DNA of 64,000 nt from NCBI GenBank assembly GCA_033764015.1, contig JANRJK010000043.1, positions 20,402 through 84,401 on the forward strand, read 5' to 3'. The notes under the pieces are model-generated. The model was not told where the DNA came from, made no database searches, and was given only the letters and a program-made list of their open reading frames with translations. Position 1 is the stretch's first letter; each line of letters opens with the position of its first letter. This DNA comes from Candidatus Sumerlaeia bacterium (GTDB lineage Bacteria; Sumerlaeota; Sumerlaeia; SLMS01; JANRJK01). The translations under genes and the position numbers were made by a program. This document shows positions 38,399 to 45,515 of the stretch, piece by piece.

Positions 38399-39547
38399 TC
38401 AGGCGGTCGCGCCGCGGCTGATGGCGACGGCCTTCTGAGCGCCCTCCGCCATGGTGCGAGCCACGATCAGCGACGTCCCCTTCAGCATCTCGTGCGCTTC
38501 CTTGTCGTTCGTGCCGATCAGGCGGATCACGATCGGCGTGTTGAACCCGGGGAGCGATTCGAGGGCCTGCAGGATGCCGGCCGCGACGCGGTCGCATCGG
38601 ACGATGCCGCCGAAGATGTTGAAGAAGATCGTGTTCACCGACTTGTCGCTGGTGATGATGCGGAGCGCGTCGGCGACCTGCTGCGCCTTGGCGCCGCCGC
38701 CGATGTCGAGGAAGTTCGCCGGCTCGCCGCCGAAGTGCTTCACGATGTCCATGGTGGCCATGGCGAGGCCGGCGCCGTTCACGATGCAGCCGATCTTGCC
38801 GTCCAGCTTGACGTAGTTGACCGACGCGCGGCGCGCCTCCACCTCCAGCGGCTCCTCTTCGCCGTCGTCGCGGAGCGACTCGAGTTCGGGGTGCTTGTAG
38901 AGCGCGTTCTCGTCGAAGATCACCTTCGCGTCGCAGGCGATCGCCTGGCCGGCGCCGGTGATGACGAGCGGGTTGATCTCCGCGAGCGAGCAGTCCTTCG
39001 CGTAGAACATCTCCGCGAGGCCGTTCACGATCGCGTGGAAGGTCTTCTGCGCCGACTCCGGGATTTCGAGGAAGTCCGCGAGGCGCTGCACGTGGAAGGG
39101 GCGCATTCCGTAGCCCGGGGGAAGCGTGAACTTCAGCAGCTTCTCCGGCGTCTTCTCGGCGACCTCCTCGATGTCCATGCCGCCCGCGGCGGAGGCCATC
39201 ACGAGGGGGCGCTTCGAGACGCGGTCCATGACGATCGCGAGGTAGATCTCGCGCTTGATGTCCACGCCGGGCTCGACGAGGACCTGCCGCACCGTGATGC
39301 CCTTGATGTCGAGGCCGATGATCTTCGCGGCTGCTTCGCGCGTCTCCTGGAGGGAGTGCGCCAGCTTGACGCCGCCCGCCTTGCCGCGGCCGCCGACATG
39401 GACCTGCGCCTTCACGACGACCGGCCAGGTGGCCAGCTCCTCCGCGATCCGCGCGGCGCCGTCCGCATCCGTCGCGACCCTGCCCCGGGGGGTGGGGACG
39501 CCGTGCGCGGCGAGGAGGTCTTTGCCTTGGTACTCGTGGATTTTCAT
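38399..39547 (-). CDS. sucC: Succinyl-CoA synthetase beta subunit
   Basis: MKIHEYQGK, VKAQVHVGGRGKAGGV, EINPL, NGAGLAMATMD, PANFLDIGGGA and NIFGGIVRCD motifs. Confidence 0.98.
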   Translation of the reverse strand: MKIHEYQGKDLLAAHGVPTPRGRVATDADGAARIAEELATWPVVVKAQVHVGGRGKAGGVKLAHSLQETREAAAKIIGLDIKGITVRQVLVEPGVDIKREIYLAIVMDRVSKRPLVMASAAGGMDIEEVAEKTPEKLLKFTLPPGYGMRPFHVQRLADFLEIPESAQKTFHAIVNGLAEMFYAKDCSLAEINPLVITGAGQAIACDAKVIFDENALYKHPELESLRDDGEEEPLEVEARRASVNYVKLDGKIGCIVNGAGLAMATMDIVKHFGGEPANFLDIGGGAKAQQVADALRIITSDKSVNTIFFNIFGGIVRCDRVAAGILQALESLPGFNTPIVIRLIGTNDKEAHEMLKGTSLIVARTMAEGAQKAVAISRGATA

Positions 39548-39637
39548 GGTGGGAGGTGTTCGCCTCGGTTCGGTTTGTTCCCGGAATCGGAGCCATCGGC
39601 GGGCCCGCGGGGCCACTGGAAAAGCGTGGAGCGCATG

Positions 39638-40783
39638 CTAAGGCGCCCCGCGCAGCTCGGCGACCCAATCCGCCGGGGGGAGGAGGAGGAGCCCGTCGCA
39701 CCCTTCCAGCAGCGACTTGGCGGCGTCCACCTTCCCCGTCGGCCCGAGGTCGTCCAGGAACAGGGCGCCTCGCATCCCGGTCGCGGGGGGAAGCAGTTCC
39801 CGCGCCGTCGAAAGCAGCGCCTCGCGGTTCACGCCGGGGGAGTAACCGGCGATAGCGGTTTCGCGCGGGTCCGCGCCGGGGGCCCAGAGCCCCAGCACCA
39901 CGTCATCCACCAAGTGTCCGGCGCCCGTCTCCCCGTAGTCGATCATCTCGCCCGAGGACCTGGGCGCAGCCCAGTTGAGCCCCCCGCGCAAGTGGGCGGG
40001 GTAGTGGCCGTCGACGAGGAGCGCGAGGCGCATCCGTGGCGCCGCCGCGCGCTGCCGCTCGCGCAGGCCCGCCACGAGGTCGCGGAGCGCCTGCGCGCGC
40101 CAGGCCACCCATGCGGGCGCCAATGGCCCGCGGCGGGCGCGCTCCGGCAGCACCTCCGCCGGCCAGTCCGTCGTCTCGACGCCGAACCAGCGCTCGAACG
40201 CCGCCCGGGCGTCCACGCCGATGTCCGCGTGCGGCCCGCTCCAACGGACTCCGACCAAGAGCACTTCGTCCGGCCCGGAGGCCAGCAGCTCGTCCCATTC
40301 GGCGAGGATCGCGCGGTACACGTCGGGGATCGCCGGTGACCACTGCCGCGCGCGGCCGCCGTCCCGCTCCCCCTGGGCGGACTCCTGCATCCACGAGTTC
40401 AACGCGTCCGGGGGCGCCAGCAGCGGGGCGTAGGCGAGCGACACCCGGAGCCCCGTCGCGCGCGCCTCCTCGATGGTCCGCACCAGCCCCCCGTCCGCGA
40501 ACAGCCGCCCGCCGTCCGGCGATTGCGCCTCGATGCACACCGAACCGAACCCCTCGGCGGCGAGCGTCGCGAAGAGCGCCCGCATCCGCGCCGTGTCGGC
40601 CAGCGTTTCACCGTGCGTGGACTGGGCGACGTATGCGGCGAGGCGCTCGCGCGGGTCCGGCGCGGCAAGGGCCGACGCGGACACCGCGCGGCCGGAAGCC
40701 GGCAACGGCGGGGGAGCGGCGCCGCGCCGGGGCCCGCAGGCCGCCAGCGCGAACGCCAGCGCGAGGAGCGCCGCGCGCGTCAC
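39638..40783 (-). CDS. Lipoprotein with GH10-like (DUF187-type) TIM-barrel region, divergent
   Basis: GTG at 40783 overlaps the upstream stop; lipobox LAAC; segments WSPAIPDV...ELL...DEVLL..VRW, AAFERWFG and AWVAWRAQAL resemble the family. Confidence 0.55.
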   Translation of the reverse strand: MTRAALLALAFALAACGPRRGAAPPPLPASGRAVSASALAAPDPRERLAAYVAQSTHGETLADTARMRALFATLAAEGFGSVCIEAQSPDGGRLFADGGLVRTIEEARATGLRVSLAYAPLLAPPDALNSWMQESAQGERDGGRARQWSPAIPDVYRAILAEWDELLASGPDEVLLVGVRWSGPHADIGVDARAAFERWFGVETTDWPAEVLPERARRGPLAPAWVAWRAQALRDLVAGLRERQRAAAPRMRLALLVDGHYPAHLRGGLNWAAPRSSGEMIDYGETGAGHLVDDVVLGLWAPGADPRETAIAGYSPGVNREALLSTARELLPPATGMRGALFLDDLGPTGKVDAAKSLLEGCDGLLLLPPADWVAELRGAP

Positions 40784-43700
40784 TCCGTCAGCGACGAGAC
40801 GCGCTGCAGGCTGCCCTTCAGCGCGATCGTGAAGTTCGGCGCCACCGGGCGGTCCGCGTCCTCGCCCGTCAGCTCCCAGAGGTATTCGACCTCCTGCGAC
40901 GAGTTCGCCGCGATGCGCGGCACCACCACCTCGGCGATCAGGTTCTGCGGCGTCTGCGGCGCGATGCGGAAGAACTGCACCGCGACGCGTTGCGCGTCCG
41001 TTTCGCCGTCGTTGCGCACCGTGGCGACCAGCCGGATCGCCCGCGGGCCTGCCGGCTCCAGCCGGATGCCGTCCGGCACAAGCTTCCACTTGCTGCGGAT
41101 CGACAGCGGCAGCGCCACGCGGTTGTCCGACGAGTCCGACTCGGCAACCACCTCGCGCTCGTCGGCGACGACCCAGAGGCGCGTCTCTCCGACCGTGTCG
41201 AAGGGGTCCCAGCGCAGGCGGAACGGCGCCCGCCCGCGCGGCGCCAGCGCGGGGATGTCCACCGCGTGTTCACCGGTCATGCTGGGCACCGCTTCCCCCG
41301 GGGCGTTGTTTGCGTCGAGGAAGAGCCCCACGCGCGACTCGGGCGCGATTCCGCCGCCCTTGTTCACCACGTCGCCCTCGACGATCACGGTGACGCCCTG
41401 TGCCGGGCGCTCCGGCGTGATGCGCAGCGTAGCGCCGTCCACGGCGAGGTTGGGGAAGTCGGCGGAGTGGTACGCGCGCTTAGCGAGGAGTTCGCCGCTC
41501 CCCGGAAGCGTCGCGCGGATCGTTACGCCGCGCGTCGAGGTGTGCGGGATCGGGAACGTCCCCGTGGCGAACGCGGTCGCCCCCGGCGCGAGCGTGCCGG
41601 CGTTGAGCGTCTGCGGAGTTCCGACCGGCTCGCCGACGTCGGACACGGCCTCCAGCAGCACCGAGGCGTTCTTGATCTCTTCCGTGCCCTCGTTGCCAAC
41701 CGCGATACGCACCGGGATCGGGCCGTTGCGGATCGTGGCGCGGTCGAGGGTGGTCATTTCGTCGAAGACGATGAGACCAGCCTCCTCCGAACGCCGATTC
41801 GCGAGCGGTTGGACAACTACCGGACCGGGCGGCAGGGTGAGCGTTGGAGCGTCGGCTGCCGACTCGGCGAGCGAAAACTCGACACTCCGATTATCCGGCC
41901 CGAACACAAACCCGGGGAACATCCATTGGACGCGGGTGCGCCTAGGAGGGATGCTCGGAAAGTACGCACTAACACTCGTGCTATCAATAATCATTCCCAG
42001 ATAGTCTGTTTCAACCGTCTCCGTAATCACGTGGCCCGTCAAGTTTTCCACATGGACCCGCAACGCCTGCGCCTCGACGCGCCGGATTGTGGCCTGCCCG
42101 CGGCGGTTGTGGATGAGCGCCCCGCCGCGCCCCAGCGATTCCTCGGCGGATGCGGAGACGCGCAGCGCCAGCGGGTAGTCGCGATGGGCAAGCGTTGGAA
42201 GATCCGCGGAGAAGCTGCTCTCCGTACTGGTGCCGCTGGCGACGACGCGCCCGCTTGAGGATTCGAGGCGCCAAGAGTAGCCCCCCCGCCCCTCGAAGTC
42301 CTCGGCGATCTTTGCCTCGACTTTTCCGTCGCGGACCGACGCCTCGACCGGCAGCCCCCACTCCGGCGCCGGCAGCCGCGACGCGGGCAGGCCGAGGTAA
42401 ACGTACATGCGCGAGTGGTCGTCCGCCTGCCGCCGCGCGATGTACGCGAGGCGCGCCAGCTCGCTCGCCACGCCCAGCTCGCGCACATCGAGCACCGCCA
42501 CCGCGCGCATGCACGCCTGCGCGATGTCGATGTGCTGGTTCGGGTAGCCGGGGCCGGACGGCATGAACACGCCGACGGCGCCCCCCTCGGAGCGCACCAG
42601 GTCCTCCGCGATGCACACGTTCCAGCGCGGCATCGGGTAGTCGATCGCGCCGTTGTTGCAGGTGAACGACGTGACGAAGGCGAGCCGCTCGCGGTTCGTC
42701 AGCGAGAGGTTGTCGCTGTTCCGCGAGTCCCCTCCGAACCACACGCGCTGGTTGCTCCAGAGGTTCGGCGCGCCGTGGCCGAAGAAGTTGATGATGCCGG
42801 TGCCCTCGTCGAAGGCGCGCTGGATCTCCGCCGTCGCGAGCGGCGCCACCTTCCGGTCCTCGTCGCGCAGCACCTCCGCGGGGAGGAAGTAATTGTCCTC
42901 CCAAGGCAGGTCGCCGATGCGCAGGAACCGGTGCGGGTAGCCGTTATCGACGCCGTGGTCGAGGAGCTTGGCGGACTCGGTCTCGAAGATGCCGAAGTCG
43001 GTGATCGTGAGCGTGTCGAGCGCCCAATCCTGCGGCGGCAGCGCGGCGTACGAGATGATCTTGTCGACCACGCGCTCCGCGTCCGCCTCGTTGTTCACGG
43101 AAATGCGCCCCACCAACACGTCCGCCAACTCGTCGTCGCCGCTCAGCCAGGCGTACACCTGGTCCGTGGCGAACTGGTCGCGCTGGCGGCGGTCCGGGTC
43201 GGTGAAGGACCACGTCGGCACGTAGTTGCGGATCCCGTTGCGCGCGAGGCCGCGCCCGTCGCTGGTGCAGTCGCCCACCAGCACCACGCTGTGCGGCTTG
43301 GCGGCGCCCGGCGCCGCGAGCAGGCCGCGCAGGAACATGCGCACCGCCCCGAAGTTCTCCACGCCGCCGGTGTGGCGCTCGTAAAGGTCCACTACATCCA
43401 CCACCGATGCGGTGCCTCCCTGTGCGCGTAGGTGGGCAGCGAGGCGATCCGCCGCCGCGCGGAGTTCCGGATGGGTGATCACGACCGTGTCGGCGGCGAA
43501 GTCCTCCGCCGGCGTTGCGGTCCAGGAGGAACGCAGCGGGGCTGGCGCCTCGGGGATCGCGGCGTCCTCCACGACAAGCACCTCGCGGTGCGCGCCGGGC
43601 GGCACGCGGAGAACCGTCCGCCCGTCGCGGGGCAGCAGCCGGAGCCGCTTGGGCGCTCCCGGATCCGTCAGGTCGTATGCCGTGGCCTTGAACGAGGCGA

Positions 43701-45294
43701 CGCCGTCGAGCACGATGTCGCCCCCCACCTCGGGATCGAAGCCCTCGACTTGGCCGGTCGAGACCCTCAGCGACCCTCCCACCATGGTCGGCGCGCCGTC
43801 GTAGCGGACTTCGATCTTGTCGAGGAACACGTTCCGGGCGGAGGCGGCGGACGATTCCGACGGCGCGAGGCGGATCGACACCGAGTTTCCCGCCGGCTTG
43901 AACCGCGAGGGGGGGACCTCCCACACCAGCCGCGGTGTCTCATTGATGGTCGAGGAGGCGGGGAGCGGCTGCGCGTCGACCGGCTCGCCATTCAGCAGCA
44001 GCTCGACCGGGATGGCGTCGCTGAAGTACTCCGAAGCGTAGTAGAATTGCGCCGAGAGGAGGACCGCTTCCCCGTCGCCGGCCAGCCCCGGCAGGTCGAA
44101 CGAAACCTCATGCGGCGCGCCGTCGCCGAGGGCTTTCCACACCCACGTCATCCCTCGGATGCTCAGGAAGCTGCCCACCCGCGTCTCGAGTGTGTTGTCC
44201 TCCTCGGCCAGCAATTCCAGCCGGGCGCGCGCCAAGGTCGGCAGTCCGCCGGGGCCACTTTCGCGGGGGATCGCCAGCGGCTCTTCGCCCTCGGGCCGCA
44301 CGCCGAGGAAGTATGGCCGCACGCGCGACTGGGCGGAGTCGCTGGCGGCGGCCGTGAACACCACCGCCTGCCCGTCCGCGAAGGACGTCGCCGGGTCGAG
44401 CGTCAGGTGCACCGGCACCTCCTCGCCGAGCGAAACGACGCGAAGCGTTGCGGGATCGACGCCCTCGGGTTCGATGCCGGCGCGGCGGAACCAGCCGGCG
44501 TCGATGCGGTACAGGCCATCCTCGTCCACCGGAACCTTCAGCCAATCGAAGCCGGGGCTCAGATCCGGGAGCGGCTGCCAGGCGACCGCGGGCGCTTCGT
44601 CCGCCACCGGGATCGGAGGCGGGGGAGCGGTCCGGTAGCGGTCGAGGGCATCGGGGTTCGAGAGCGCGGCTTCGAGGAACCGCCGGTAGGGCGTCGCGCC
44701 ATCCAACGCGGAGTCCGGGGGGGCGGGCGGACCTGGCGCGGCGTCCTTGGCGCGGACCCGCACCCGCATCCGGTCCACGAAGTACTCCTCGTGCTCGAAC
44801 GAGATCGGGGTTTCGGTGCGGTAGCGGAGCCGCGCCGCGGGCACCTGGCGCAGGACGCCGAGGGGAGTGAAGTCGATCCGCGCGCGGAGGCCCGAGGCGA
44901 AGGTGCGCTCCGCCAGCAGCGTGGTCGACGTTGCGCTGTCGAGGACCAAGGTGCCCGTCGCGTCGCGGAACGACGCCTCGACGACTTCCCACTCCAGATC
45001 CAGCGAGGGGACTGCGAACAGGATGGTCTCGTCGCCCGCGCCGCGCTCCCAGCATTCGAGCAGCAGCTCGACTTCGCTGTCCCGCGAGACGATTTCAACC
45101 GGGCTGTCGACGATGCCGGCGGGTGCCGAGGCGGCCGCCAGCAGGAGCGCGGCGGCGGGAAGGAGGTTGGAGGTGCGGGGCGGATTCGAACCGCCGGATA
45201 AAGGTTTTGCAGACCTTCCCCTTAACCACTTGGGTACCGCACCAACCAGAGCTGCGGATGGGGCCTGAGGTGCGGTGCGAAGGTCAAGCTTCAA
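40780..45294 (-). CDS. C25-family (gingipain/PorU-like) cysteine peptidase with C-terminal CARDB domains, ~1500 aa
   Basis: WLKVPVDEDGLYRI (PorU-like N-region), VVITHP, VVLVGD, VGRIS....A..VVDKII.Y, catalytic His in NFFGHG and Cys in SFTCNNG; CARDB motifs (PNLAV..V.NKG..VAESDSSDNR). Start uncertain: TTG at 45294 with GGAG 10 nt upstream. Confidence 0.85.
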   Translation of the reverse strand: MKLDLRTAPQAPSAALVGAVPKWLRGRSAKPLSGGSNPPRTSNLLPAAALLLAAASAPAGIVDSPVEIVSRDSEVELLLECWERGAGDETILFAVPSLDLEWEVVEASFRDATGTLVLDSATSTTLLAERTFASGLRARIDFTPLGVLRQVPAARLRYRTETPISFEHEEYFVDRMRVRVRAKDAAPGPPAPPDSALDGATPYRRFLEAALSNPDALDRYRTAPPPPIPVADEAPAVAWQPLPDLSPGFDWLKVPVDEDGLYRIDAGWFRRAGIEPEGVDPATLRVVSLGEEVPVHLTLDPATSFADGQAVVFTAAASDSAQSRVRPYFLGVRPEGEEPLAIPRESGPGGLPTLARARLELLAEEDNTLETRVGSFLSIRGMTWVWKALGDGAPHEVSFDLPGLAGDGEAVLLSAQFYYASEYFSDAIPVELLLNGEPVDAQPLPASSTINETPRLVWEVPPSRFKPAGNSVSIRLAPSESSAASARNVFLDKIEVRYDGAPTMVGGSLRVSTGQVEGFDPEVGGDIVLDGVASFKATAYDLTDPGAPKRLRLLPRDGRTVLRVPPGAHREVLVVEDAAIPEAPAPLRSSWTATPAEDFAADTVVITHPELRAAADRLAAHLRAQGGTASVVDVVDLYERHTGGVENFGAVRMFLRGLLAAPGAAKPHSVVLVGDCTSDGRGLARNGIRNYVPTWSFTDPDRRQRDQFATDQVYAWLSGDDELADVLVGRISVNNEADAERVVDKIISYAALPPQDWALDTLTITDFGIFETESAKLLDHGVDNGYPHRFLRIGDLPWEDNYFLPAEVLRDEDRKVAPLATAEIQRAFDEGTGIINFFGHGAPNLWSNQRVWFGGDSRNSDNLSLTNRERLAFVTSFTCNNGAIDYPMPRWNVCIAEDLVRSEGGAVGVFMPSGPGYPNQHIDIAQACMRAVAVLDVRELGVASELARLAYIARRQADDHSRMYVYLGLPASRLPAPEWGLPVEASVRDGKVEAKIAEDFEGRGGYSWRLESSSGRVVASGTSTESSFSADLPTLAHRDYPLALRVSASAEESLGRGGALIHNRRGQATIRRVEAQALRVHVENLTGHVITETVETDYLGMIIDSTSVSAYFPSIPPRRTRVQWMFPGFVFGPDNRSVEFSLAESAADAPTLTLPPGPVVVQPLANRRSEEAGLIVFDEMTTLDRATIRNGPIPVRIAVGNEGTEEIKNASVLLEAVSDVGEPVGTPQTLNAGTLAPGATAFATGTFPIPHTSTRGVTIRATLPGSGELLAKRAYHSADFPNLAVDGATLRITPERPAQGVTVIVEGDVVNKGGGIAPESRVGLFLDANNAPGEAVPSMTGEHAVDIPALAPRGRAPFRLRWDPFDTVGETRLWVVADEREVVAESDSSDNRVALPLSIRSKWKLVPDGIRLEPAGPRAIRLVATVRNDGETDAQRVAVQFFRIAPQTPQNLIAEVVVPRIAANSSQEVEYLWELTGEDADRPVAPNFTIALKGSLQRVSSLTE
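45168..45243 (-). tRNA. tRNA-Cys (anticodon GCA), CCA encoded
   Basis: Reverse complement GGTGCGGTACCCAAGTGGTTAAGGGGAAGGTCTGCAAAACCTTTATCCGGCGGTTCGAATCCGCCCCGCACCTCCA: 7-bp acceptor stem, anticodon arm AAGGT-CTGCAAA-ACCTT, T-arm GGCGG-TTCGAAT-CCGCC, U73 discriminator. Confidence 0.97.
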
Positions 45295-45515
45295 CTTGTG
45301 CCGGCTCCGGTGCGCGGATGTGCGGTCGCGCCCGGGGCGGACGCCGCGGGCTTATCCCCCGAAGGGGAGCGGCGCGGCAAGCACGGGGTTTGCCCGGGGG
45401 CGGATTCCACGGATTTGGCCGAAAACCGCTTGCATCTGATTGGGCCCGGGCCAGCCTATGCACTGAAACCAAGAGCGGTCGGATCGACTGCGGGATCGAA
45501 GAAAGGGCAGCGGTA

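Noticed and set aside
41880..42070. DGR variable region
   Set aside because: No reverse transcriptase or template repeat seen in the window; kept only as a compositional anomaly.
45168..45243. tRNA-Cys as a prophage or island attachment site
   Set aside because: No integrase and no long duplicated tRNA 3' end elsewhere in the window.
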